From Candidatus Latescibacterota bacterium (GTDB lineage Bacteria; Latescibacterota; UBA2968), in contig OZ240241.1 in NCBI GenBank assembly GCA_965198115.1, positions 7,264,001 through 7,328,000 on the forward strand: a stretch of DNA of 64,000 bases. The letters run 5' to 3'. How positions within the stretch are numbered: the stretch's first letter is position 1; the number at the start of each line of letters is the position of its first letter. Below the pieces are notes generated by a model, which was given only the letters and a program-made list of their open reading frames with translations, did not search any database and was not told where the DNA came from. Position numbers and translations under genes: made by a program. Of the stretch, positions 42,297 through 52,864 are shown piece after piece.

Positions 42297-43717
42297 GGCT
42301 ATATCCGGATCTCTCAACGAGCTGAAGTGGGTGAAGGTGCCGTGGTTCCTGGCATGGGGGCGCGGTTAGCGTGTGCGGAACCTCTTCGGAATCTGCTCAG
42401 GGATGTTTATGTCTCCGACGGTAAGGAAGATCATATCGTTGAATGCGTCGAGTGTGCGGAATCCGCTGGCTCGGTTCTTGACGATTTGGACGATTCGGTT
42501 GAGGCCTTCGGCGATGGCGTTGGTAAGACGCGTGTTCACGAATGCGAGGACGCCGAAGAAGTGCTGTCGCAGGGTCCTGACGAACTTTCGCAGGGGTTCA
42601 AGTCGACTTCTGAGTGCGGACGTCGTCCAGCATTTCAGGAAGCGTTCGGCAGCCCAGGGCGCTTTGTATTCCCAGAACTGCTCGAACTCGTCCTTGAGTC
42701 TCCAGGCTCTATAGATTCGGTAGTTCGCCTTCTCCAGTGCTTTGAGTGTCCGAGTATCCCCTCTGGAGCGTGTCGCTGAGTGCCGGTAGAGGAGCCATCG
42801 GAGGCCCTTCATGGCTTTGCGCTCATCCGGGGCAGCTTTACGCCACTGGTCCTTACGGACCTCGTCAACGGCGGCATTGAGAGCCTTGACGATGTGAAAG
42901 CGATCGAGGACCAGCTTGGCATTCGGACAGTGTTCCTGGATGGCTCCGATGTAAGCTTCGCTCATGTCGCAGCAGGCCCCACTCGATCTTGGATCTCTGG
43001 TAGGGACTGAGAGCCTCTGTGAAGAACCGATCGATCGTTTTACGCGCCCTGCCGCGGCCAACCCACACCACGCAGGAGCGGTCCAGATCGTAAACGAGCG
43101 TGGCGTACCTGTGACGCTTGGCGTAGGAGATCTCGTCGATCCCGATGGTTTTGAGCCCTCGGATACGATGACCTTCACGAAGCCGCGTGATGGATCGGTG
43201 AAGGAGATCCGACAGCGTCGAGGCAGAGATGCGCAGTAACTCGGACGCCGCCTTCTGCGTCATGGTCTGGCAGTAGCGCAGCATGGCATACTCGAAGCGA
43301 TACGTCACCCGAGAGAACCGCTCCGCCCACGGAATCTCCTCGACCACACGACCGTGGGTAGGACACCGAATCTCCCGAGGATGGTAGAGAAGCCAGACCC
43401 TCCACCCGCACACCGGAATGTCACGCCACCGACGCGGATGGGGCATTGTGCGGACGATTTTACCTCGACGGCCGCACTCCGGACAACAACAACCATTCTT
43501 ATGTGGCTTTACGGCGATGACGAAACAGCTTCTCCCCTCAAACCACCAGCTGACAACACGGAACCCCTTGAATCTCAGCAGTTTCGATAGTAATCTGCTC
43601 CCGGTCATAGGTCGCACCCCCTTCGCTTTGATTGTCCTACACACACAACCAAGCGTAGGGAACGATCTATGACCTTGTCATTCTATAGTTTCACCGTTGA
43701 GAAACCCGGATAGAGCC
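42297..43717 (-). mobile_element. ISL3 family element (copy 2, frameshifted)
   Basis: Same IRs as copy 1, TSD CAAAATAT; +1 G near 42978 splits the transposase. Confidence 0.92.
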
Positions 43718-43883
43718 CAAAATATAGGCCCTTTGCCAGTGGTGGACTAGGATCCAGCGTTTTGGAATCAACTGGAATCGATTTATAGCCGGTCGAAATT
43801 AATTGTTGACAGCACCGATATCGAACACCTCGTGGCGCGATCCCGAGGTTCTGTGAGCGAGAAACGTTTTGCGTCTTCGGTTA

Positions 43884-43911
43884 GAGTGTGATAATCTCCT
43901 TTATCACACTC
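43884..43911. promoter_or_regulatory. 11-6-11 inverted repeat, candidate recombinase core site
   Basis: GAGTGTGATAA-tctcct-TTATCACACTC, 30 bp upstream of the recombinase ATG. Confidence 0.6.
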
Positions 43912-43941
43912 CAATATGACACCCAACGGGAGGCCCCGCGA

Positions 43942-44982
43942 ATGAACGACACCGGCTTCGACGGACAAAGAATCACGACCCCGGGCACCGGACTCACCCT
44001 CTCTCCGGCAAGCCCGCTGCAGCCAGCAGCCCTGTTCACCCCGACGCCCAAGGCCGCCCGGCGCTTCCTGGAGTTTTTCACCGCCCAGATCAACAACCCC
44101 CACACCCGCCGGGCCTACCTGAGTGCCGCGCGGCGTTTTGACGCCTGGTGCGAGGGCCGCGGCATCGTTCAGCTCACCGACGTGCAGGCCTTCCACGTCG
44201 CCGCCTTCATCAAGGATCTGCAGGGAGCGTTCTCCCCGCCCACCGTCAAGCAGCACCTGGCCGCTTTGCGCATGCTTTTTGACTGGCTGGTGACCGGCCA
44301 CGTTCTGGAGGTAAACCCCGCCCACGCCGTGCGCGGCCCCAAATACGTCGTCAGAAAAGGCAAGACGCCCGTCCTGACGGCCGGGGAAGCCCGCGAGCTG
44401 CTCGAGAGCATCGAGACGGTCCGCACGACGAAGCGCCAGGACGGAGTGGACGAGGAACCGTCCCTTGTCGGCCTGCGCGACCGCGCCTTCATCGGCGCCA
44501 TGGTCTACACCTTCGCCCGCGTCAACGCCGTGCTGAAGATGAAAGTCCGCGACTTCTTCGTGCAGGGCCGCCGCGGATGGGTGCGGCTGCACGAAAAAGG
44601 GGGCAAGGAGCATGAAGTCCCCTGCCACCACAACCTGGAGCGGTATCTGGACGAATACATCGCCGGCGCCGGCATCGCGGAGGACCTGGACGCGCCCTTG
44701 TTCCAGACCGCGGCCGGGAGAACGGGCCGGCTCACGGGCAACGCTCTGTGGCAGCAGGACGCCTACCGCATGATCCAACGGCGGGCAAAGGCCGCCGGCA
44801 TCCAGACCCGGATCGGCAACCACACCTTCCGCGCCACCGGCATCACCGCCTACCTGAAGAACAGCGGCACGCTCGAGACGGCGCAGCACATCGCCAACCA
44901 CGAGTCCCCACGGACCACCAAGCTCTACGACCGCCGGCAGGAGGAGATTTCTCTGGACGAGGTGGAACGGATTGCCATTTAA
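43942..44982 (+). CDS. Tyrosine recombinase, intact
   Basis: LRDRA..FARV, EKGGK, HTFRATGIT, NHES..TT.LY catalytic set. Confidence 0.9.
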   Translation: MNDTGFDGQRITTPGTGLTLSPASPLQPAALFTPTPKAARRFLEFFTAQINNPHTRRAYLSAARRFDAWCEGRGIVQLTDVQAFHVAAFIKDLQGAFSPPTVKQHLAALRMLFDWLVTGHVLEVNPAHAVRGPKYVVRKGKTPVLTAGEARELLESIETVRTTKRQDGVDEEPSLVGLRDRAFIGAMVYTFARVNAVLKMKVRDFFVQGRRGWVRLHEKGGKEHEVPCHHNLERYLDEYIAGAGIAEDLDAPLFQTAAGRTGRLTGNALWQQDAYRMIQRRAKAAGIQTRIGNHTFRATGITAYLKNSGTLETAQHIANHESPRTTKLYDRRQEEISLDEVERIAI

Positions 44983-45385
44983 CCGGTTCCGTTCACTTGA
45001 CTGAGTCGGAACGTGCCGCTGGCAGGACGTGCGGTACCTGTTGAAGATCTGCTCCCACTTCGAGAAGGGCAGGTTGCTGGTGATCATGATCGTGCCGCGG
45101 AAAAGGGGTGCTGAACTTTATCAGGACTGTTGTTGACCCGGACGGGTCCAGGCTGGTACCCACCTGCTCGAGGTCGTCGACACCGAGCTCGCCGGTACCT
45201 GCCCAACCGGGCCGCTATGCGCCGGGGCCAGCTGGCCGCTCGTGGGGCCGTCGCCAAGTTGCGCTATGGTGCCTGACGGCCCGCCGCGCGACGGTTGCCC
45301 GATTCGTGCCGTGTGGTTGAAACCATGAACGGGGAGCAGATGCCGCGCTCACATCTCAATTAATGTATAGGGATTGTCAACTATT

Positions 45386-45952
45386 ATGAATCCGGCTGAC
45401 CCGAAGTGGCTTGAAATCCTTAAAGCGAGCGGTTGGCAGACAATCGGGCTCACCGTAGCTTTAGGCGTGTTCTTGGTGCTGATACGTACCGGTGTTATTC
45501 CAACGTCGGATATGTGGGTGGCCTTGCCAGCGTTAGGGGCTCTAATCTTCGGGGCGCTAGCCTTGGCGAGCATCGGCGATGCCCTGATAAAAGCAATTAA
45601 GCCGGCAGCAAGGATAGACCGCTGGCGACGCATACGGCTCGATCAGAAGTGTGCTGAGGCTTTCATACCGTACATGACTAAGAAAGACAAAGAGATCATC
45701 GGGTACTTGCTGCACCACAATCACAAGATGTTTCAGGCGGGACTGACCGGCGGCTACGCTGCGCCACTAATCTCGAAGGGGATCATTCGGCAAGACCTGC
45801 GACCGGGACAGGTCTTTGAGGAAGGGTGGGTGCCGTTCTCTGTGCCAGACCATATCTGGGCCGTATTGGAGAGGAATCGCGAATCATTCCCTTACACACC
45901 GCCCGAGGGAACAGCGGAACCACCCCCGTGGAAAGAACCGAACTACTGGTAG
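45386..45952 (+). CDS. Membrane protein, superinfection-exclusion SieB-like
   Basis: Two N-terminal TM helices, then MTKKDKEII.YLL..N..LISKGII..IW.VL. Confidence 0.45.
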   Translation: MNPADPKWLEILKASGWQTIGLTVALGVFLVLIRTGVIPTSDMWVALPALGALIFGALALASIGDALIKAIKPAARIDRWRRIRLDQKCAEAFIPYMTKKDKEIIGYLLHHNHKMFQAGLTGGYAAPLISKGIIRQDLRPGQVFEEGWVPFSVPDHIWAVLERNRESFPYTPPEGTAEPPPWKEPNYW

Positions 45953-46317
45953 GGCATGGTATAGCCTTGCTCCGTCACCGACCCGTTTGGAGCACCCGAC
46001 CCTGGTCGCTATGGTCGGATCAGCCCCGTGACCAACCGAAACACGCGATCGGGCCACCGTCACCGGCGATCAATAGATGATCGGGCACTTGCGGGGAAGA
46101 GATCGCAAACTGGAACTGCTTGGCTGGACCGGCCAGGACGCGGAATGGATCGCGCTCGTGTGCCTTCACAGCGGCGTCTTCACGCGGGCGCAGTTCTGTC
46201 ATTACTTTGATACTCAGCGAATGACAGCGGCGCGATTCGTGAAGACCTTGATCGAGCGTCGGGAGGCCGTCGAAACCGATGTAATTGCCTTTAACGGGGA
46301 AGGGAAGACGTGCCGGA

Positions 46318-46456
46318 TTATCTTCCAGTTCATCGAAGGATGGTACAACCCCCACCGACGTCACAAAGGCACCGGACAGAAATCACCCATCGAAAAGCTT
46401 CATCACCTACAACACGACCCAAGCCTGGAACTGTCCACTGGACCGGGGTAACTCCA
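46318..46456 (+). mobile_element. IS3 family right-end remnant
   Basis: IFQFIEGWYNPHRRH..SP followed by IR CTGTCCACTGGACCGGGGTAACTCCA. Confidence 0.7.
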
Positions 46457-46482
46457 TACATCCCAAGCCCAAAGAGCTCCTG

Positions 46483-47046
46483 ATGCCTCAGCGGCCAACA
46501 AGCATACTTACGACACTTGCCGTCTCCCTACTGGCCTTGACGCTAATCGCGCCTTGGGCGCTCGGGCAGGACCCGGACCCGATCACGGAAATCCGCCGCC
46601 TCGCCGAGCAGGGGGACGTTGATGCCCAATTCACCCTCGGGTTCAAGTACGCCAACGGCGAGGGCGTGCCGGAAAACGATGCCGAAGCCGTGCGTTGGTA
46701 CCGTCTGGCCGCCGACCAGGGTAACGCCGGTGCCCAAAACAACCTCGGTCTCATGTACGCCAACGGGCGGGGCGTAGCGCAAGACCTGGCCGAAGCCGTG
46801 AAGTGGTATCGGCTCGCCGCCGAGCAGGGGGACGCCATGGGCCAATACGCCCTCGGGTTCATGTACGACTACGGCGAGGGGTTACCGGATGATTACGTGC
46901 TCGCCTATGCCTGGTACAACCTTGCCGCCGCGCAAGGAAACGAGGTGGCTAGGAAGAACAAAGACAATCTCCGGACGCGCATGACCCCCGACCAAATCGC
47001 GCGGGCGCAAGAACTAAGCGCGACCCTTTTCGACCGCATCAACTAG
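46483..47046 (+). CDS. Secreted Sel1-like repeat protein
   Basis: Signal peptide; repeats AEQG..AQ..LG..Y.NG.GV..D.AEAV.WYR. Confidence 0.9.
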   Translation: MPQRPTSILTTLAVSLLALTLIAPWALGQDPDPITEIRRLAEQGDVDAQFTLGFKYANGEGVPENDAEAVRWYRLAADQGNAGAQNNLGLMYANGRGVAQDLAEAVKWYRLAAEQGDAMGQYALGFMYDYGEGLPDDYVLAYAWYNLAAAQGNEVARKNKDNLRTRMTPDQIARAQELSATLFDRIN

Positions 47047-47373
47047 CACTCGGGCTACCGGGGAGGTGAACGTTTCATGGACGGGGACATTGAAGAAATC
47101 GAGCAATTCCTGAACCAAGGAAGTACGCTCGCGTGGTTTCCTTGCCGAAAGTGCGCCCGAGGATGTGAGGGAAACCCTGAACAATTGCATTCTCAAACTG
47201 GACGCGGTGGCTAAGGGCAGCACGTTCCTGAGCCAGTACCCCTCCCGCAGCCGGCTCACCTTGTTCCTGTCGGGAACGTCCGCCCACCCGCGGTCCTTCA
47301 TCGCCTGATTGGCATACAGGACACTCAGACCGGTCATTCATTTCTCCCACTATTTATGAGTCACTTACGGGGC

Positions 47374-48030
47374 TTAGGCGCCGCTAGCCTTGATATCAGT
47401 GGGTACCGGGAACTGATCCCAGGTTCTGCCGTCCAGCGTGCGCCCGGTCTTCTTTTTGTTCATTCCACCCCACTGCTTGAAGTGGAATGCGACGCCAGCG
47501 CGAACGCACTGGTCTCGGATCGACCGCACCCAGTCCGGGCTTACTGGCCGGGCTCCCGGACCACTCTCTCCACCGGCGATGACCCAATCGATCCCCCCGG
47601 TGTTCAAACGATCTAACTGCCCAAGCAGAGGTTCGAGACTTAGAAACTTGACCGTCGCGCCGGCGCGACGCAGATGATCAATTCGAAACTGATAATCTGC
47701 ATTTTCTACGCTGACACCCATCCAGACGTTTCTCGACCATTCAAGGGCGTCCGATAATTCTTCCAGTCTCTCAGCCCGCTTCGTTAGGATTTGGTACGTG
47801 TGCTGGGAAGTCTCGCTCATTGTAGTGAACACCCGCTGTATGAACTCCAGTGGCACCGTTTCATGAAACAGGTCGGACATCGAGTTAACGAAGATCATTC
47901 GCCCCGTCTTCCACATGTCCGGGAGCTTCAGGCTCTCCTCATCGATCCGAACGACACCGTTCCACTTTGGCCGGCCACCGGAGACACGGGTTGTGCCCGC
48001 GTACTTGGGCTGTCCCATTGCCTCAAGCCG
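47374..48030 (-). pseudogene. DUF5131 (phage Gp37/Gp68-like) protein lacking its N-terminal Cys motif
   Basis: FVNSMSDLFH, QILTKR, WMGVSVE, SLEPLL, WVIAGGESG, FKQWGG; homology stops at RLEAM next to vapC. Confidence 0.8.
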
Positions 48031-48051
48031 GCCGCCTTCACACCGCCCATC

Positions 48052-48465
48052 TCAATCCTTCCAGGGGTTCAAGAGGTCGGCACCCGTCGCGGCGAAGTCG
48101 GACTCGTTGCGGGTGACGATCGCGAACCGATGCCGAAGGGCGGTCGCGGCGATCAAGCCATCGATGGCGGGCATCGGTTTCTTCAGGCGGGCCATCAGCC
48201 GGCCCCATTCGTCCGCGACGCCTGTATCGATCGGCAGAACACGGTCTTCGAACCAGGCGGGCAACTCCGTTTCAAGCCACGCGGCTATCCTCGCGCGGCG
48301 GCGACTGCTCCCGAGCTTCTCAATTCCCTTGCGGATTTCGCCCAAGGTCAAGACGCTAACGAACAACGCCTCCGATGGCACCGCGTCGAACCATTCGGAT
48401 ACGCGGGGCGAAGGCCTCGGCTTGAGCAGTTCGGAAAGCGCGCAGGTATCGACCAGAAAGCTCAC
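48052..48465 (-). CDS. vapC: VapC PIN-domain toxin
   Basis: FLVDTCALSE, GEIRKG, DGLIAATA, TRNESDF. Confidence 0.9.
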   Translation of the reverse strand: MSFLVDTCALSELLKPRPSPRVSEWFDAVPSEALFVSVLTLGEIRKGIEKLGSSRRRARIAAWLETELPAWFEDRVLPIDTGVADEWGRLMARLKKPMPAIDGLIAATALRHRFAIVTRNESDFAATGADLLNPWKD

Positions 48466-48710
48466 AGTTCAACATCGCGCGGCAGCGACTGGTCGCGCTC
48501 GATGTTCAACTGGACCCCCGCCAGCGGTGAAGTCCGCAGAAACTCACCCAATGAGGGTTTCGACCGCTTGAGGCGGTCGTAATCATCCGCCGAAAGAACG
48601 ACGGCCGCTCGTCGTCCGCGGACGGTGATCGTCTGCGGACCGGTGGCGGCTGCACCGCGCACCAATTCACTGAAGCGCGCCTTGGCCTCCTGCAACTGCC
48701 AATTAGGCAT
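48462..48710 (-). CDS. Phd/YefM antitoxin
   Basis: WQLQEAKARFSELV..GPQTIT.RG; 4-bp overlap with vapC. Confidence 0.9.
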   Translation of the reverse strand: MPNWQLQEAKARFSELVRGAAATGPQTITVRGRRAAVVLSADDYDRLKRSKPSLGEFLRTSPLAGVQLNIERDQSLPRDVEL

Positions 48711-48733
48711 GGCAAGCCTCCTCTAACTAGTAA

Positions 48734-48746
48734 CTAGTCTGACTAG
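48734..48746. promoter_or_regulatory. TA operator palindrome
   Basis: CTAGTC-t-GACTAG with extra ACTAG half-sites upstream of the antitoxin. Confidence 0.55.
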
Positions 48747-49093
48747 ATTATTGCGAAACGAGTCCGGAAGCGCAAGAGTTCATGTTCACGCCGCTCGAGG
48801 CCGTCTGCTTCGTGACACCGCCCCGGCGTTACCGACCCGCAGTCCCTCGAAGACCGCCATGATCTGTCGTGCGCGGCGCTGGCGCACACGGAAGAGTTTC
48901 TCTACCGCCGCGTGGTCGAGGCGGGTGGATGTCATGGCCCGCAGGGCGCTGAGGATTTCGTCAAGTCGATGAAACCAGGCGGGTTGGGAGGGCATGGGGG
49001 AAGCTCCTTCTCTACTATACGTTAGGGAGCGATCCGGCATTATGGCCTGCCCGGGAGCGGCGGGAGAGGGAGTTTATCATGCATGATAAAGGA

Positions 49094-49370
49094 GGTGGTC
49101 TCAACCCATCGACGCAACACTTTGCCTTGAAAGGAGGAGGTGGAGTGTATGCGGATGAAGCAAAGAGCTCGTCGCGGTTACACGCCGGCGGAACTGGAGG
49201 AGGTGTGGGACCGGTGGAAACGAGGGGAGTCGCTAAAGTCGATTGGACGCGTGTTTGGTAAACAGCCATCGTCTGTTTACCATCAGCTTGCTCCGTAAGG
49301 AGGCATCCGTCCTCGGCCACCACGCCGTTCATGTTTGGCAGCTGACGTTGTCGGAGCGCGAAGATCTCTC
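49094..49370 (+). mobile_element. IS30 family 5' remnant
   Basis: VWDRWKRGESLKSIGR..SSVY..GGIRP with an internal stop. Confidence 0.7.
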
Positions 49371-49392
49371 GAGGTAAACCCCGCCCACGCCG

Positions 49393-50478
49393 GGCAAGAC
49401 GGTCGGCGAGGTCTCGCGTGAGCTTGGCGTCAGCGAACAGACCTACTACCGGTGGCGCAAGGAATACGGCGGTATGGAGGTCGACCAGGTCCGCCGGCTG
49501 AAGGAGCTGGAGCAAGAGAACGGGCGTCTGAAACGTCTTGTGGCCGACCAGGCCCTGGATATCTCGATTCTCAAGGAGGTGTCCCGGGGAAACTTCTGAG
49601 CCCGACGCGGCGAAGGAAGGCGGTCGGGCACGTGCGTGAGGCCCTGGCTGTCTCGGAGCGTCGGGCGTGCCGTGTGCTGGGTCAGGTGCGCCGTACCCAG
49701 CGATACACGCTCAAGGTGGCGGACGGCGAGACCGTCCTGACCGCGAACATCGTCTCTCTGGCCAGCGAATATGGACGTTATGGCTACCGTCGAATCACGG
49801 CTCTTCTCAGGACCGATGGCTGGCGGGTGAACCACAAGCGGGTGGAGCGGATCTGGCGTCAGGAGGGGCTGAAGGTGCCCGCCAGGCAGCCGAAGCGGGG
49901 TCGACTTTGGCTCAACGACGGCTCCTGCATCAGACTCAGACCCGAGCATCGTAACCACGTCTGGGCCTACGACTTCGTGTTCGATCGCACACGTGAAGGG
50001 AGGCCGTTGAAGTTTCTGACAGTCGTGGATGAATACACGCGTGAGTGCCTGACCATCGAGGTCGCTCGCAAGCAAACATCACGGGACGTTCTGCGGACGT
50101 TGGCGAAGCTGATGCTGAGGTATGGTGTCCCGAAACACATCAGATCGGATAACGGGCCGGAGTTTGTAGCCAAAGCGGTTCGGGACTGGCTCTCGAGGTT
50201 GGAGGTCGGAACTTTGTTCATCGAGCCGGGCAGCCCGTGGGAGAACGGATACATCGAGAGCTTCAACGGGAAGCTCAGAGACGAGCTACTCAACGGTAAG
50301 ATCTTCACGACCTTGGAGGAGGCTAGGGTGTTGACCAAGTGGTGGCGCTGGCAGTACAATCACATCAGACCACACAGCTCATTGGGCTATCGCCCACCTG
50401 CACCTGAAGCGGTCACCAAACCGCTCACCGCAGCCATATCCTAACTCTGGATGTGGACACATAGATGGGGGCAGGTCA
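49393..50478 (+). mobile_element. IS3 family element lacking its left end
   Basis: orfA tail, GGGAAAC frameshift site 49587-49593, orfB YGYRR, WAYDF, SDNGPEF, ESFNG; IR ending GGGGCAGGTCA. Confidence 0.9.
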
Positions 50479-51049
50479 CTATTGCGTCCTGAACCTCTGC
50501 AGGATTATCTACAGACCTAACGCTGTGTCTGCATCGCATCGTTGCAAGTCCTTCGCCCACAACGACTTATCGCTCGCGGATTATATGCTGCGGCGGCCTG
50601 TTTCCGACGCGGATTGTATGTGGCGGCATACTTCTCCCGTCAGGCACCGGGCCGCCGCTGCGGCATACTTCTCCCGTCAGATCGCAGTGTTGACCGACAT
50701 CGCTTCGGGCTGGACGGAGTGCCTGCCACTGCTCGTGCGAGAGCAGGGCTTGATATACATGTAACGAAAGCTACCCATGTCTGGCCCACTGAGGCTCGTG
50801 GCGGAGCGACTGGACCCTCCTACGGGTCTCTCTGGACGTATCCTGACAACTTCGAGGAGACAAGCGATGTTCAGGAAGATTCTCACCGTGACGGCCCTGG
50901 CATTAATCCCTGGGGCATTAATCCTCGGGCTCGCCGGGCTCGCATTCTACAGGAAACGCAGGGAACCATAGGAAACACGAGGTTCGCTGGGAACCTTCGA
51001 CGAGACAGAGTTGAGCCGCAGGGCTCCGGGATGGGAAGAGTCGCCTGAG

Positions 51050-51166
51050 TCCGCTCAGTTCACTTTCGATCCACTCACAGAACCCGTCCCCGAACCGTCC
51101 ACCCTCCTCCTCCTCGGCATCGGCCTCGCGGGGCTGGCGGCTTACCGAAGGCGGAGAGCCGCCTAA
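51050..51166 (+). pseudogene. Orphan PEP-CTERM sorting-signal remnant
   Basis: Reads [26 protein letters not shown]. Confidence 0.8.
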
Positions 51167-51214
51167 TCTGACGTAGATCTTCGCAGGTCGGGGCTGCAAT
51201 TCGCTCACCTGCAC

Positions 51215-51572
51215 GTGAGGCCCCTAGTTGAAACTTAAAGGGCTCCAAACTTACGTTGTGGGTACGCGTGTGAGAGCGTGTACCCGTAAGAAAGGAGCCC
51301 ACGATGGAGAAGCTATTTGCAGGGGATGGCGAAGTCAAGGTTGGGTCAGACGTTATGGATTTGGAGACGCGTTTATCGGTGATCCGGGCGCTGATTCCGC
51401 TGGGTCTGGAGGCCGTTGCCGACGTGCTCCAGCAGGAGGTGGAGCAGCTCGCAGGCGTTCGGTATGCGCGTAAGGGTTCAGAGCAGTCGCATCGTCGATG
51501 GGGAAGCCAGAAAGGGTCCGTGTATCTGATGGACTAGAAGCTGCCGGTGGCCGTTCCCCGTGTGCGCGACGG
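51215..51572 (+). mobile_element. IS256 family (group B) 5' remnant
   Basis: TAGTTGAAACTTA end, LIPLGLEAV..EVEQLAG.RY, internal TAG; similar to 58197 onward. Confidence 0.75.
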
Positions 51573-52083
51573 GGACCTCCGAGTACGGGCGGGACTACCG
51601 GCTGGGCTACGGCCTGACGGTGCTCGAGAGCGGCGCCATGAGCTTCGAGCTGGGCCTGGAAGGCGCGCGCCGGGAGAGTTTGGGCCAGGGGGGCGCGGAA
51701 CACGGCGTTCAAGGCCGACTCATGGCGCGCTGGTAGGTGCCCGGCCCGACAGCAGCAGTAGTCAACAAGACAACGGCGGCGGCCGCAGCGGGGAATCCCA
51801 TGAATGAGGCATGTCCCGCGCAACGGCATGAATCGGCCTACCCGCGCTCGGAACTGTTCGAGCGCCGTCGCCGGCGGATGGACGACCGAGCGGCGGTCTC
51901 TTTCCCAATCCACGCGAGATTCTATTTCCTTCCAGATGGCTTCGTGAGGGAAAGATCAGGACCAGGTGTCTAAATATATTAGTTGCTTGATTTGTTGGTC
52001 TTTGTCCGCCTGAATTCCTCAGAGGAGTGGTATTCTGCGACCAACTCCGCTACTTCTGCATATTCACGCGTCTCACGTTCCTC

Positions 52084-52392
52084 TCAGGCGCGAAAAGCCC
52101 CCAATGACTCTTTGAGGAATTTCGAAAAAGCGCCGTTACGCCCCGGGCTCCAATCTCCAATCCTCTTTCCATCTGCGTCTGTGAATTCGCCGCACAGGAT
52201 CATGACGAAGTCGACCAATGTCCAAAATCCTAGGCCCCCAAGAGTGAGAAGTTGAATGATCGCAGTCTTCGTCTTTCCTGCATAGAAGCGATGGCCTCCA
52301 AATCCCCCAAATAGGAAAGCAAGGAGCAAAGCTACCATCCGATTCTTGGAACTCATGGTAGTAACCCTACTTTCTTCCATATTCCTTCCCAC
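52084..52392 (-). CDS. TM2 domain protein
   Basis: SKNRMVALLLAFLFGGFGGHRFYAGK..LLTLGGLGFW..D; start uncertain. Confidence 0.8.
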   Translation of the reverse strand: MGRNMEESRVTTMSSKNRMVALLLAFLFGGFGGHRFYAGKTKTAIIQLLTLGGLGFWTLVDFVMILCGEFTDADGKRIGDWSPGRNGAFSKFLKESLGAFRA

Positions 52393-52864
52393 TCCGATCC
52401 GAAAAGCTATTAACCCGTTTTTTTGGGTGCGGTGTTAGTTAGCTGGCTCGGTCAATTCGCATCGCCTTGAAACGGCAGGGTCTCGATGAAACGGGCCATC
52501 CGCGCAGCTTCTTGCGCCGTTAAGTCTACTGGGAGTTCAACAGTAACGGACTGATCGGATCGTAGGCGAAATGTGTGCTTGAAGAGGCTATTACCTCCGT
52601 TTTCTTCTCCCTTTTCCTCCTGAGATACTTCTTCGACTTGTTCAGTTTCACCAGCTGCTGCCTGCCCAACTCCAACCATCTGAACATCCCATTCAAAGCG
52701 TGACGTCCACCCTTTTCTCCCAACCGTGAAACTTCCGCAACCGCAATCTTCCAACTTCCGAAACACCCTGATGACGTCTCCCCGATAAACATTTTGACCC
52801 TCGTTCAAGAGATTCCAGTGAATTCGGTGAGGTCCCTATCCTAGTTGAAACTTAAAGGGCTCCA

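Noticed and set aside
43783-45087. 434-aa minus-strand ORF
   Set aside because: Antisense shadow of the GC-rich recombinase, preceded by a short istB shard
50575-50680. Direct repeats GCGGCATACTTCTCCCGTCAG x2 as a mini-CRISPR
   Set aside because: Only two 21-bp copies, spacer under 20 bp, no cas genes in the window
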